A stretch of 64,000 bases of DNA from an uncultured Chthonomonadaceae bacterium (GCA_964519955.1 CAZFLM010000013.1:33238-97237), one strand, 5' to 3'; counted from the first letter of the stretch, positions 24,309 through 36,877 are shown. The notes: generated by a model not told the origin, from the letters alone. Numbers and translations are program-made.

Positions 24309-25964
24309 CTACCCCGGCCCCAGCCGGACCCTCGCCACCACAGGCAGCACGATCCGTGACGGGCGCCTGGCGTCCACGTACACCGTGTTGGTGGCTACCT
24401 TCGTCTCGCTGTTCGCGCGGAAGGGGGCGCCCGTGTTCGGGTTCGGGTCCCAGCCCGGCGCGTCGCTGGACGTCACCTGCACGCGCAGCCTGTGGCCCTT
24501 GTTGAACACGATGCTCGTCGACCACAGGTCGATGACGAAGCGGTACGGCTTGCCCGGCGTGAGCAGGCGCTCCTTGTCGAAGCCCTCGTGGAAGCGCGCC
24601 CGCAGGATGCCCTCGCACACGTTGTACGACCGGCCATCCGGGTACACGTCACAGAGCTTCGCCACGAAGTCCGTGTCGCGGCAGTCGCTCGACGCCCACA
24701 GCTCCACCCGCACGCGGCCTGTGACCTCGACGGGCTTCTCCAGCGTCGCGGTGCTGAACACCAGCACGTCCGGGCGCGCCTCGACGGTCTTCTGGTCCAT
24801 CGGCCCGGCGGGAATGGTGAGCTGAGGCCCGCCGAGCGTGGGGCATGGGTCGGCGGGGTCGTAGCCGAACGTCAGCGGCCTGGCGGTCGTGGTCGGTGCG
24901 GTCCACGAGAGCGAGCGGTCGGAGTTCAGGTAGAGCGGCGTGGAGGTCGATTCGGGCGGCCAGGCGTCTGCCGTGTGCCACTCGTTGCCGGGCGCGTTGG
25001 GGTCGCTCGTGTCGCCCATCGTGTAGTAGGTGACAGCGGCCTCCTTCTCGATGCCCGTGTCCTCGCCCTTCAGGTAGTGGTTGAACCAGCGGAAGGCGTC
25101 GGCCACGTTGTTGGGCGGCTGCTTCGCGTTGGGGAACTGCAGCTCGCCCGCCTTCTCCGCGAGGATGCCATGCGTCCACGGCCCCATCACCAGCTTCTGC
25201 GTGCCGCGCGCGCCCGGGCCGCCCTTCGTCTGGTACCCGGTGAAGCTGTCGATCGTCCCCTGGCAGAAGATGTCGTACCAGCCGCCGACGTGGATCGCCG
25301 GCCACTTCACCTTCTGCCACCTACCCTCGAGCGTGCGCGCCTTCCAGTACGCGTCGTACGTCGGGTGGCTCTGCCAGAGCTTGAGACCCTCCGGGCTGTG
25401 CTGGGAGACGCGCACCCAGTCCTCGATGAGCGACTTGCGCCACGCGCCGCCGGGGTAGACCATGTCCAGGTACCCGTCCGGCGCGCCGACGTGGATCTGC
25501 TGCACGGCGATATTCGGCGAGCCGGCGCCCGCGAGCAGGAGCTGCGTGATGCCGAGGGCCGAGCCGCCCATCGTGCCGATCTTCCCGTTGCACCAGGGCT
25601 GCTTCAGGATCCACTTCACGGTGTCGTAGCCATCCCAGTGGTCCGCGAACCCGTCGCCCTCGAATGCCATGCCGACGCCCTCGGACTTGGAGCGGCCGCG
25701 CGTGTCCTGGATGACGACCGCGTACCCGGCCTTGGCTGTCCCCTGCCCGATGTCCTGCCCGGCGGTCTTGTCGTAGGGCGTGCGGAGGAGCACGACAGGG
25801 CAGCGCCCGCCGCCCGACGGCAGGTACACGTCCGTAGCCAGGCGCACCCCGTCACGCATGGCGACCATCTCCGTGCGCTTCGTGGGCTGCTGGGCCGCGG
25901 CAACGAGCCAGAGCCCGAACGCTGCCACAACGGACAGCACGATCCACCTACGGATCATCGGCAC
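24309..25964 (-). CDS. CocE/NonD family hydrolase (X-Pro dipeptidyl-peptidase S15-like), secreted
   Basis: 551-aa ORF with a signal-like N-terminus. Diagnostic stretches: RDGVRLATDVYLP, VLLRTPYDK, VVIQDTRGRSKSEG, and a C-terminal beta-sandwich region. Confidence 0.85.
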   Translation of the reverse strand: MPMIRRWIVLSVVAAFGLWLVAAAQQPTKRTEMVAMRDGVRLATDVYLPSGGGRCPVVLLRTPYDKTAGQDIGQGTAKAGYAVVIQDTRGRSKSEGVGMAFEGDGFADHWDGYDTVKWILKQPWCNGKIGTMGGSALGITQLLLAGAGSPNIAVQQIHVGAPDGYLDMVYPGGAWRKSLIEDWVRVSQHSPEGLKLWQSHPTYDAYWKARTLEGRWQKVKWPAIHVGGWYDIFCQGTIDSFTGYQTKGGPGARGTQKLVMGPWTHGILAEKAGELQFPNAKQPPNNVADAFRWFNHYLKGEDTGIEKEAAVTYYTMGDTSDPNAPGNEWHTADAWPPESTSTPLYLNSDRSLSWTAPTTTARPLTFGYDPADPCPTLGGPQLTIPAGPMDQKTVEARPDVLVFSTATLEKPVEVTGRVRVELWASSDCRDTDFVAKLCDVYPDGRSYNVCEGILRARFHEGFDKERLLTPGKPYRFVIDLWSTSIVFNKGHRLRVQVTSSDAPGWDPNPNTGAPFRANSETKVATNTVYVDARRPSRIVLPVVARVRLGPG

Positions 25965-26055
25965 GCTCCTTCCGGGAGGTGTGGTGCGAAGCGGCGGGGG
26001 CGAGGGGCGCCAGCCCGATCCGCCCCGGATGGCGTACGAACGCGTCGGCGCGACC

Positions 26056-28397
<2,342 letters not shown>

Positions 28398-28560
28398 GGC
28401 TCACTGGCTCCTTCCCTGTTCGGTGGACTGCCTACTGGATGCTTCTTCCCCCAACGCCCGCCAGGTTCCTGCATGGCTGCAGGCGCACGACAAACGCATC
28501 GGGGGCGGGAACGGCTCGCGGCCGCCCCACCCCCGATGCGTACAGCGTCACGCGTCTTGG

Positions 28561-30216
28561 TTACGCGCCCTTCTCCAACGCCAGCGTCCTGGTCGGCTGG
28601 TCGGCGACCTCGGTCGGGCCGAAGTACTGGATGGGGCCTGGGAAGACGTACTGGTCGCCCAACGCCCACGCCTCACGGCCGGCGGCGAACTCGGCGAACG
28701 GCTTGCCCGCCAGGTCCACCAGCGCCTTCTTGATGACCGGCGTCGGCTTGCCCTTGCGGATCTCCATGTTCAGCATCATCGTGACCGGCGTGCCGCCCGC
28801 CACCCACTCGTCGGCGGGCTTGATGGTGTTGCGCACGTTCGCGGTGTAGCCGGTGAGGCCCGCGCGGACGAGCTGCGCCGCGGCATAGCCCAGCGAGTAG
28901 CAGTAGTCGGCGTCGAAGTTCGACGGAGCGGCGCAGCGGCCTTCGTAGCCGAAGAAGTGCGAGAGCGGCGCGAACTTGGCGTCCGTCTTGCCCTCGGCCT
29001 TCAGGTACGCGATGCGGTCCGACACGAGGTCGATGAGCAGGCGCTCGGTCTCGACCTGCGAGAGCGGCACGTTGCCATGGTTGTCGCGCTTCAGCAGCAC
29101 TTCCTGGGCGTCGACGGGCAGGGAGCCGTACACCTTGGCGCTCTGGGCGCTCAGGCGGCCGGTGACGAACTGCGCGCGCTCGGAGTGGTCGGGCAGCCCG
29201 TGGATGTAGGCCTCGTGCTCGCCGAGGATGTTGCTCAACTCGTCGATGGTGGTCTTAATGTCGGAGATGAACTCGACCAGACCCTCGGGCACGAGCAGCA
29301 CGCCGTAGTTCTTGCCGTCGGCCGCGCGCCTGGTCACCACGTCCGCGATGTAGGTGACGATCTCGTCGAGTGTGGTGCCCTTGGCGGCGACTTCCTCGGA
29401 GATGAGCGTGATATTGGGGTGCGTCTGCAGCGCGCACTCGAGCGCCACGTGGCTGGCGGCGCGGCCCATCAGGCGGACGAAGTGCCAGTACTTCACGGCG
29501 GAGGTGGCGTCGCGCTCGATGTTGCCGATCAGCTCGGAGTAGGTCTTGGCGCACGTATCGAAGCCGAACGAGGTCTCGATCTGCTCGTTCTTCATGTCGC
29601 CGTCGATGGTCTTGGGCACGCCGACGACCACGGTCTTGGAGCCCTGAGCCTTGAGGTACTCGGCCAGGACGGCAGCGTTGGTGTTCGAGTCGTCGCCGCC
29701 GATGATGACGAGGCCGTCGAGACCCAGGTCCTCGCAGTTCTTCTTGCAGGCGGCCAGATCCTCGGGCTTCTCGATCTTGTCGCGCCCGCTCATGATCATG
29801 TCGAAGCCACCGGTGTTGCGGTACGCGGCGATGAAGTCGGCGGTCAGCTCGCGGTACTTGCCCTTGATGACGCCGCCCGGGCCTTTGAGGAAGCCGTAGA
29901 GCTTGCTGTCGGCGTTGGCGGCCTTGAGCGCGTCGAAGAGCCCGGCGATGACGTTGTGGCCGCCCGGAGCCTGGCCGCCCGAGAGCACGACGCCGATGGT
30001 GAGCGGGGCGGTGCTCAGGTTGCCCGTGCCCTCGACGAGGGTGGCAACCGGCTGGCCGTAGGTGTTCGGGAACAGCTCGCGGATCTGCTCGGCATCCGTG
30101 GCGGGGGCGGTGGCCGCGCCGAGTTCGACGCAGACGCTGGAAGCGCGCAAGGCGCGCGGCAGCTTCGGCTGGTACGAAGCGCGCGCGGCCTGCAGCGCGG
30201 AAATGTCGCTACCCAT
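28561..30216 (-). CDS. pfp: Pyrophosphate-dependent 6-phosphofructokinase (long PFP type)
   Basis: The gene starts at MGSDISALQAARASYQPKLP (CAT 30214-30216). Motifs: GVVLSGGQAPGGHNV, IIGGDDSNTNAA, PKTIDGD. The ORF track extends to 30363. Confidence 0.9.
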   Translation of the reverse strand: MGSDISALQAARASYQPKLPRALRASSVCVELGAATAPATDAEQIRELFPNTYGQPVATLVEGTGNLSTAPLTIGVVLSGGQAPGGHNVIAGLFDALKAANADSKLYGFLKGPGGVIKGKYRELTADFIAAYRNTGGFDMIMSGRDKIEKPEDLAACKKNCEDLGLDGLVIIGGDDSNTNAAVLAEYLKAQGSKTVVVGVPKTIDGDMKNEQIETSFGFDTCAKTYSELIGNIERDATSAVKYWHFVRLMGRAASHVALECALQTHPNITLISEEVAAKGTTLDEIVTYIADVVTRRAADGKNYGVLLVPEGLVEFISDIKTTIDELSNILGEHEAYIHGLPDHSERAQFVTGRLSAQSAKVYGSLPVDAQEVLLKRDNHGNVPLSQVETERLLIDLVSDRIAYLKAEGKTDAKFAPLSHFFGYEGRCAAPSNFDADYCYSLGYAAAQLVRAGLTGYTANVRNTIKPADEWVAGGTPVTMMLNMEIRKGKPTPVIKKALVDLAGKPFAEFAAGREAWALGDQYVFPGPIQYFGPTEVADQPTRTLALEKGA

Positions 30217-30375
30217 GTGGCTTGTCAGTCTCCTGGAAAGTGTTCGTCCGCCCCATCGAAGCGTGGAGCGAGGGCCACGAATAGTATGGCACACCTCGCG
30301 AGAAGGGGGTTCCGGAAGTACAAGGGGAGCGCCCGAAGACGCCCCCCTCTGCAACACGGCCACGGCAAGGCGCGG

Positions 30376-31821
30376 CTAGCAGGCGTCGCCGAACTCCTTC
30401 TTGAACGCCTCCGCCAGCTTGCGGCCCCAATCGTCGATGGCTTCCATGCGGCCGAAGAAGAAGCGCAGGACCGGGGGCTCCTCGATGAAGCGCAGGCCGC
30501 CGACCAGATCGCGGTTCGCCAGCAGCCACTTCAGGCGGTCGGTGACGTACTCCATGTGGGCCATCGTGTAGACGCGGCGCGGCACGGCCAGGCGCGCGAG
30601 TTCGATGTCCGAGGGCACGTCGTTGCCGTCCTTGTCGCGGTCCATCGACACGGTGCCGCGCTCCATGCCGCGCGCGCCGGAGACCAGGTAGATGGCGGCC
30701 ACGAGCGAGCCGGCGGGGTACTGGGTCTGCGGGATGTGCGGTAGGAACTTCATCGCGTCGACGTGGCCCGCGAGGCCGCCGGGAGGCGTGACCGCCGGAA
30801 TGCCCGCGGCGACCATGCCCTCGACGAAGTACTGGATGAGGTCGGCCGAGCTGCTCGCCACCTCGTACTCCACCATCTCGCGGATGCCGACCGCCATGGC
30901 CTCGACTTCCTTCGACGACATGCCGCCGTAGGTGAGGAAGCCCTCGTACACGGGCAGCCAGGGCTTGATGCGGTTGAACAGCTCCGTGTCGTTCGTGGCG
31001 ATGAATCCGCCGCGGACGCAGGTGCTCTTGCGGCCGGAGAGGTAGAGGATGTCCGCCTGGGCAACCATCTCGCGCAGGATGTCCTCGGTCGACGCGTCGG
31101 CGTACTCGGCCTCGCGGCGCTTGATGAAGTACATGTTCTCGGAGATCAAGCTGCCGTCGAGGACCAGCGGGATGCCATGCTGGTTCGCGATGCGGCGCAC
31201 ATCCTTGAGGTTCGCCATCGAGAACGGCTGGCCGCCGATCAGGTTGGTGGTCGCCTCCATGCGGATGAAGGCGATGCGATCGGCGCCGTGCTCGTCGATG
31301 GCCTTCTGGAGCTTGTCCAGGTCCATGTTGCCCTTGAATGGCACACTGCTCGCCGTGTTGAGGGCCTCGTCCGTACACAGCTCCAGCACGGTGCCACCGG
31401 CCAGGTCGATGTGGGCCTTCGTGGTGGTGAAGTGGTAGTTGGTGATGACGTAGTCGCCGGGCTTCACGAAGACACGCGCCAGCAGGTTCTCGGCCGCGCG
31501 GCCCTGGTGGACAGGCAGCACGAGGCTGAGCCCTAGCACGTCCTTGACCGCGTCGACCAGCTTGTAGTAGCTCTCGCCGCCCGCGTACGCGTCGTCGGAC
31601 ACCATCATCGCGGCGAGCTGGTTGTCGCTCATCGCGTTGGTGCCGCTGTCCGTCAGCATGTCGATGAAGACATCGCGGGTGCGCAGCAGGAAGGTGTTGT
31701 AGCCCGCCTCTGTAATCGCAGCCAAGCGCTCATCGATGGGCGCCAAGCGTGTCTTCTGGACGATGCGTACCTTGTGCATCTCAATGGGGATTTGCTTGCC
31801 GGTTGAGAGCCGAATGTTCAC
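30376..31821 (-). CDS. Beta-eliminating lyase (tryptophanase / tyrosine phenol-lyase family)
   Basis: FLLRTRDVFIDMLTDSGTNAMSDNQLAAMM..DDAYAGGESYYKL, plus a PLP-Lys region SGRKSTCVRGGF. GGAGG lies 5 nt before the GTG at 31821. The ORF track start at 31833 is also possible. Confidence 0.85.
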   Translation of the reverse strand: MNIRLSTGKQIPIEMHKVRIVQKTRLAPIDERLAAITEAGYNTFLLRTRDVFIDMLTDSGTNAMSDNQLAAMMVSDDAYAGGESYYKLVDAVKDVLGLSLVLPVHQGRAAENLLARVFVKPGDYVITNYHFTTTKAHIDLAGGTVLELCTDEALNTASSVPFKGNMDLDKLQKAIDEHGADRIAFIRMEATTNLIGGQPFSMANLKDVRRIANQHGIPLVLDGSLISENMYFIKRREAEYADASTEDILREMVAQADILYLSGRKSTCVRGGFIATNDTELFNRIKPWLPVYEGFLTYGGMSSKEVEAMAVGIREMVEYEVASSSADLIQYFVEGMVAAGIPAVTPPGGLAGHVDAMKFLPHIPQTQYPAGSLVAAIYLVSGARGMERGTVSMDRDKDGNDVPSDIELARLAVPRRVYTMAHMEYVTDRLKWLLANRDLVGGLRFIEEPPVLRFFFGRMEAIDDWGRKLAEAFKKEFGDAC

Positions 31822-32002
31822 TCCAGCCTCCACGTCTCACGACAAAAGTAACCGGCGTTGTGCGACCGCCGGTGCAGTCCGAGTATACCGTACTCCCAGG
31901 CAGGTGACCAATGGTCCCATTGCGGGTCCTTGGCAGCCTCCCGAAGGGACTGTATAATGGGGGCGTATGGGCAGGCTGCCGCGCGATAGCCGGGAGGCAA
32001 CG

Positions 32003-32683
32003 ATGGACGCCGTCTTGGACCCGATCATCCGCTCGCCGAGGTTCTCGATGTACATGAAGATGCTGGCAGAGTACTCCGCCGACGAGGCGCAGCGCCGGGA
32101 GCGCTTCTACGACGAGATAACCGAAGACCAGAAGGCCGAGTTCATCAACGGGGAGATGACCGTGCAGTCACCTGCCAAGCACCAGCATGGAGTTGTTGCG
32201 GGGCACATCTACAAGGTCCTGGGCACGTACGCCATCGCGCAAGCGTGTGGGCACGTCGCCTGCGAGCAGGCGCTGGTCTGCCTCACCCGCAACGATTACG
32301 AACCGGACGTCTGCTTCTTCCGCAAGGAGGTCGCATCGACCATCGTGCGCGGCCAGATGCGCTACCCCGCACCCGATCTGGTCATAGAGGTGCTGTCCCC
32401 GAGCACGGAGCACATCGACCGCGGCGTGAAGTTCGAGGACTATGCGGCGCACGGGGTCACCGAGTACTGGATCGTCGACCCGGACGCCGAGACCATCGAG
32501 CAGTACCTTCTCGCGGATGGCGCCTACGGCTTGGCGCTGAAGGTGCGCGACGGAGCCTTCGACAGCGTGGCGATGCCCGGTCTCCGCTTCCCCGTCCGCG
32601 CCGCCTTCGACGACGAAGCATGCCTGGCGGCGCTGCGGGAGATCCTCTTGAGTAGCGAGGAGCGACTAGCGGGAAGCGAGTAG
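32003..32683 (+). CDS. Uma2-family (DUF820) putative endonuclease
   Basis: GGGAGG lies 6 nt before the ATG at 32003. Family pattern: EFINGEMTVQSPAKHQHG, PDVCFF, PDLVIEVLSPST, YAAHGVTEYWIVDP. Confidence 0.8.
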   Translation: MDAVLDPIIRSPRFSMYMKMLAEYSADEAQRRERFYDEITEDQKAEFINGEMTVQSPAKHQHGVVAGHIYKVLGTYAIAQACGHVACEQALVCLTRNDYEPDVCFFRKEVASTIVRGQMRYPAPDLVIEVLSPSTEHIDRGVKFEDYAAHGVTEYWIVDPDAETIEQYLLADGAYGLALKVRDGAFDSVAMPGLRFPVRAAFDDEACLAALREILLSSEERLAGSE

Positions 32684-32809
32684 AACGGCGGCTCCTGCCG
32701 GGCCGGACGCCTCGAATCTTGACCGACACCCATCGCCAAGAAGGCCCCCGCACCAACCCTCGGTGCGGGGGCCTTCTACTCGCTTCTCGCTACTCGCTTC
32801 TCGCTACTC
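32650..32809. terminator. Composite bidirectional terminator: 36-nt imperfect inverted repeat enclosing a 14-bp GC hairpin
   Basis: The outer arms are GAGTAGCGAGGAGCGACTAGCGGGAAGCGAGTAGAA (32650-32685) and TTCTACTCGCTTCTCGCTACTCGCTTCTCGCTACTC (32774-32809). The inner hairpin is AAGGCCCCCGCACC-AACCCTC-GGTGCGGGGGCCTT (32741-32775). The structure lies between convergent stops at 32683 and 32813. Confidence 0.55.
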
Positions 32810-32812
32810 CAC

Positions 32813-34138
32813 CTACAGCGAGTACCCCTTCTTGTACGTCGGCCGGATGATGTTCGAGACCTCGGGGGCGTTCTTGGCGACGAGGCGCTTGGCGTCCCAC
32901 TCGATCTTCTTGCCATCCGCCCACACGGCCAGGTTGCCGAGGAGAATCGTCTCGGTCAACGGGCCGGAGTAGTCGGGGAAGTTGGAGCACGCGGGCTCAC
33001 CGGTCTTGATCGCGCGGATGAACTCCTCGAAGTGGCCCGGCGACTCGGGGAACGCAACCGGCGTCGGATCGGCGTTGATGAAGCGCCCGCCCCCACCGTA
33101 GTCGCCCGGCGTGTAGAGCTTGTCCTTGTCGCCGATGATGAGCGAGCCGCTGTCCGAGATCTTGCCGTCGATCACCAGGTCCTCGAACTTGCCGCCGACG
33201 AACAGCTCCTTCGGGGGCAACTGGCCGCCGTCGTACCACACGAACTTGATGGGCCCGCGGTTCTTGTTCGCCGGGAACTCGAAGTTGATCACCGACCACT
33301 GCGGGAAGGCGTCCTTGTTGTGGCCGGACGTCTTCGCGACGACGGAGGTCGGGTTGCGCAGGTCGAGCGCCATGTACGGCAGGTTCACCGTGTGGCACGC
33401 CATGTCGCCGAGGGCGCCCGAGCCGAAGTCCCACCAGCCGCGCCACGCGAACGGATGATAGCCGTCGCCGTACGGACGGTCGGGGGCCACGGAGAGCCAC
33501 AGATCCCAGTGCAGGCTCTCGGGCACAGGCTTCGTGGCGGGGCGAGAGGTCTGGCCCTGCGGCCAGATCGGCCGATTCGTCCACACGTGGACCTCGGTCA
33601 CCTTGCCGAGCACGCCGGAGCGGACCAGGTACGCATTCTTGCGCATCCCGTTGTCCGAGGTGCCCTGGTTGCCCATCTGCGTGGCGACCTTCATCTGCTT
33701 GGCGATCTCGCCGAGCTTGCGCGCCTCGTAGATGGTGCGGGTCAGCGGCTTCTGGCAGAAGGCGTGCTTGCCCATCCGCATCGCGGTTGCCGCGGCGGTG
33801 GCGTGCGTGTGGTCCGGGGTGCTGACGGTGACCGCATCGATTTCCTTGCCGACGCTGTCGAGCATCTTGCGGAAGTCCGTGAACTTCTTGGCGTTCGGGT
33901 ACTTGGCCGCGGCGCGGTTCAGGGTGTTCTCGTCCACGTCGCAGATGGCCACCACGTTGCCGAGGCGAGCAGCATCGGCGGTGTCGCTGTCACCCTTGCC
34001 GCCGACACCGATGCAGGCGAAGTTGACCTGCTCGATGGGCGAGCGCGGGTTCGCGCGAGCGTCCTTGCCGACCCAGATCGCGATGCCCGAGAACGCGGCG
34101 CTCCGCAGGAAATCACGCCGGCTGCTTTCAGTGCTCAT
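32813..34138 (-). CDS. Gfo/Idh/MocA-family oxidoreductase with Tat signal
   Basis: The gene starts at MSTESSRRDFLRSAAFSGIAIWVG (CAT 34136-34138), with a twin-Arg motif. The Rossmann region reads FACIGVGGKGDSD and VVAICDVD. Confidence 0.85.
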   Translation of the reverse strand: MSTESSRRDFLRSAAFSGIAIWVGKDARANPRSPIEQVNFACIGVGGKGDSDTADAARLGNVVAICDVDENTLNRAAAKYPNAKKFTDFRKMLDSVGKEIDAVTVSTPDHTHATAAATAMRMGKHAFCQKPLTRTIYEARKLGEIAKQMKVATQMGNQGTSDNGMRKNAYLVRSGVLGKVTEVHVWTNRPIWPQGQTSRPATKPVPESLHWDLWLSVAPDRPYGDGYHPFAWRGWWDFGSGALGDMACHTVNLPYMALDLRNPTSVVAKTSGHNKDAFPQWSVINFEFPANKNRGPIKFVWYDGGQLPPKELFVGGKFEDLVIDGKISDSGSLIIGDKDKLYTPGDYGGGGRFINADPTPVAFPESPGHFEEFIRAIKTGEPACSNFPDYSGPLTETILLGNLAVWADGKKIEWDAKRLVAKNAPEVSNIIRPTYKKGYSL

Positions 34139-34301
34139 GGGACAGTCCTTTTGGGAGGAGGTCTCGGCTGCATGCGATCGGCGCCGCATGCGCCCAGAAT
34201 CGTGACCGCTCACCGGTGGTGGCGGTTCGCGTTAATGCTACCCGAATCGGGCACGCGATGCGACGCGGCGGCGAGTTGAAAGTAGCGTGGCGGGGAGCGG
34301 G

Positions 34302-35111
34302 CTAGGAGGCACAGACTGGCAGGCATGAGCTGAGCAGCTCGTTCACCTCGTCGAGGGAGAACTGCTCCGGATCGATCAGCAGATGGAGCGCCGACTCGCT
34401 CCCGTCGCGCCGGCGGCGGATGCGGTGGCGCAGTTCCGTGCCGACGACGGCGAGCCAGCCTGACAGCAGCGTGGCCCCTGCGAGAAGGGCGCCCAGACCG
34501 TCGAGGCGTAAGGGATCGGGTACCAACACGGCGATGGCCGACACGAGCGGAAGGAGCGCGCCGGCCAGGGTCAGCGCGCCGACGGCCCAGTTCCGCACGC
34601 GCTCCGACGACGTCCGGTTGTCCGTCTGCATCAGTTCGACGAGCAGGAACCCGGACTGATCCTCGCCAAGGCGGTACGAGCCGAACTCCTCCCAACGGTA
34701 CGCGGTGAAGTCCTGCCCGAGGAGCCCCTCCTCGGTGAGCCACGCCACCTGCCCGCGCGCGCGGACCGGCCGGCCGAGCATGCCCGCCGTGGTGATGGTC
34801 TTGAGCCTGGCCCGCAACGCGCCGGCGCTGGCGAGGGACCAGCGTGGCCCCGGGCTCCGCAGGACGACCATCAGCGCGAGCGCGTAGAACGCGGCGCCGC
34901 CCGCCGTGGTGACGGCGCAGTGCCACTGGAGACGCATGAGCCCCGCCGCGAGCAGCGCCAGCGTGCCGCCCGCCAGCATGCAGAGCAGGACAAACCCGAT
35001 GGCGAGCGCGGCGCCCGAGGCGTGCTGCTTCCCGCTCCCGCGCCCGGTCATCCGCGCCAGGATCACTCGTCCCTCTCGCAGCGTGCTCTGCATCTGCATC
35101 TCAGTCACCAT
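34302..35111 (-). CDS. Hypothetical membrane protein
   Basis: 269-aa ORF overlapping the upstream gene end by 11 nt. It has four hydrophobic segments flanking a soluble insert. No family was recognised. Confidence 0.5.
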   Translation of the reverse strand: MVTEMQMQSTLREGRVILARMTGRGSGKQHASGAALAIGFVLLCMLAGGTLALLAAGLMRLQWHCAVTTAGGAAFYALALMVVLRSPGPRWSLASAGALRARLKTITTAGMLGRPVRARGQVAWLTEEGLLGQDFTAYRWEEFGSYRLGEDQSGFLLVELMQTDNRTSSERVRNWAVGALTLAGALLPLVSAIAVLVPDPLRLDGLGALLAGATLLSGWLAVVGTELRHRIRRRRDGSESALHLLIDPEQFSLDEVNELLSSCLPVCAS

Positions 35112-35820
35112 CTGCCGGCTGGGCCGGCCTCAGCAGCGCCTCGCCTGGCTCACCGACCGCCTGTGCGGGCCGCATCAGCACCTGCCCCGCCGCCTCGCCG
35201 CCGCTAGCAGGCCGCAGCAGGCTGCGCATCGGCGCGGCACGCCTCTCGGCCTCGATCAGGTGATCGCAGGTCTTCTCTGCCGCCGATCTCAGCGCGGTGC
35301 CAGGCTCCGCGATCCACGCCAGGTCCACCAGGGCCGGAATCGCCGCCGGGTCATCTGTCTCTTCACAAAGACGAATCAGCTCGGTGCAGAGTTTCCGATC
35401 CGGCCATCGCATCGCGCCGAACAGCACCTTTGCCCGCTCTTCTGACAGGCCGGCCGTGTGCTCGCCGCGGATCCCCCCGGTGATCTCGCGCAGCCGGGCG
35501 ACAGCCGTCCGACTCAGCTCGCCTTCGGCAAGGAGGCCATCGCACAAGGTCGCCAGGTCCTCGGGGGCGCACTGGGCGATGGAGTCCAGGGCACGCCGCC
35601 GGAGTCGCAGCAAGTGGCTGGCCTTGCCTACGGCGGGAGCCAGCGCGAGCACAAACGCCGCGATGCGCAACCAGACGGGCGCCGCCACCAGTTGGGCGAT
35701 CTGCCAGGCAAGTGCGGGAGGAGCGATGAACAGCGCCCACGTGCTCGGCCGATCCAGCGCGCGCCGGTACTCCGCCACCGGATCGTCTGGCTCGCCCAAA
35801 GGCTGCCGGCGCAACCTCAC
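35101..35820 (-). CDS. Hypothetical membrane-anchored protein with helical-repeat C-terminal region
   Basis: 239-aa ORF with a GTG start 1 nt after the preceding small-ORF stop. It has two TM segments (WALFIAPPALAWQIAQLV, LRIAAFVLALAPAV) followed by a helical region. Confidence 0.5.
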   Translation of the reverse strand: MRLRRQPLGEPDDPVAEYRRALDRPSTWALFIAPPALAWQIAQLVAAPVWLRIAAFVLALAPAVGKASHLLRLRRRALDSIAQCAPEDLATLCDGLLAEGELSRTAVARLREITGGIRGEHTAGLSEERAKVLFGAMRWPDRKLCTELIRLCEETDDPAAIPALVDLAWIAEPGTALRSAAEKTCDHLIEAERRAAPMRSLLRPASGGEAAGQVLMRPAQAVGEPGEALLRPAQPADGD

Positions 35821-35821
35821 C

Positions 35822-35962
35822 TCACCGCTTCCCGAGGCGCGCGTCCAGGAACGCCTTCACGAAGCTGTGAGCGGCGCGCCAGAGCATGCCGGCCACCAGA
35901 CCGATGAAGGCGGCCTCCAGCCAGGGGATGTCGGGCTCGGGAACCCTCAGGGGAACGACCAC
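35822..35962 (-). CDS. Possible 46-aa single-TM peptide
   Basis: An in-frame GTG follows GAGG, downstream of the RDD stop. The translation is VVVPLRVPEPDIPWLEAAFIGLVAGMLWRAAHSFVKAFLDARLGKR. It fills the gap between two tightly packed genes. Support is weak. Confidence 0.3.
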   Translation of the reverse strand: MVVPLRVPEPDIPWLEAAFIGLVAGMLWRAAHSFVKAFLDARLGKR

Positions 35963-35973
35963 GCCTGCGCCTC

Positions 35974-36795
35974 TCAGTCGGCCTCCAGCCACTGCTCCCA
36001 GCTCCGGTTGTCGAGCACGCCGCGCTCGTTGACGTACTTGCGCTCGATAGCCTCCAGGAGGTCGGCATGGTGCCACTGGATCTCGATCGGAATGTCGATG
36101 TGCAGCTTGCGCATGAGGGGGATGGCGAGCCGCATGGCGATGTGCGCCTGAATCGGGATGTCCAGCTCGTGGCGGCGGTGCGTGAACCGGCGGATGGCCT
36201 GGAACTCCTCGCCGGTGAGCGCGTCAACGCTCGGAAGCTGGCTCACGAAGTGGGCGACGATGGGCGACGCCACGCCGCTCGAGCCTGCGAGCCGCCCGGG
36301 GTCGCGCTCCTTGATCACCAGGGTGCCCGCAGCCCAGTCGCCAAGCCGTTTGTACTCCTGGCTGAAGAAGATCGAGAGGAGCCCAATGCCGTACGGCGGC
36401 GGCAGGAAGTCGATGATGCGGACCAGGTTCCGCACGAGCGACGAGTAAGGATCGATCGGATACCCGCCGTCGCGCACGACGCGCAGCTTCGCCACCTTCT
36501 TGCCCGGCGTCTGGCCCGCCCAGCGCAGCTCGCAGAACGTGTGGTAGCCGAACATGACGACGAAGACGATGAGGATCACGACCGCGATGGCCCAGAGAGG
36601 GAGTGACGCCAGGAACGTCTGGCGGAAGACCGATGCGCCCGCGATGGCGTAGAACGATACGATGCCGACAGCCGACAGCGTGGCCACCTGGATGGCCAGA
36701 TCGATGACAGCCGCGATGAACCGCGAGCCGATGCCGGCCAGCTCGTAGGAGACCTCGATGTTCTCGGGCGTGATGAACTCGACGTAGCGACTCAT
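35974..36795 (-). CDS. RDD family membrane protein
   Basis: 273-aa ORF showing RFIAAVIDLAIQ, three TM segments, GQTPGKKVAKLRVVRDGG, and a C-terminal soluble helical domain. Confidence 0.8.
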   Translation of the reverse strand: MSRYVEFITPENIEVSYELAGIGSRFIAAVIDLAIQVATLSAVGIVSFYAIAGASVFRQTFLASLPLWAIAVVILIVFVVMFGYHTFCELRWAGQTPGKKVAKLRVVRDGGYPIDPYSSLVRNLVRIIDFLPPPYGIGLLSIFFSQEYKRLGDWAAGTLVIKERDPGRLAGSSGVASPIVAHFVSQLPSVDALTGEEFQAIRRFTHRRHELDIPIQAHIAMRLAIPLMRKLHIDIPIEIQWHHADLLEAIERKYVNERGVLDNRSWEQWLEAD

Positions 36796-36877
36796 GTTCG
36801 GGTATGTCCGCCTGGACGACGCACCGCTGCGGTGCTACAATGACTACGTTCCGCGCCAGGGCGCGGCGTCAACAACC

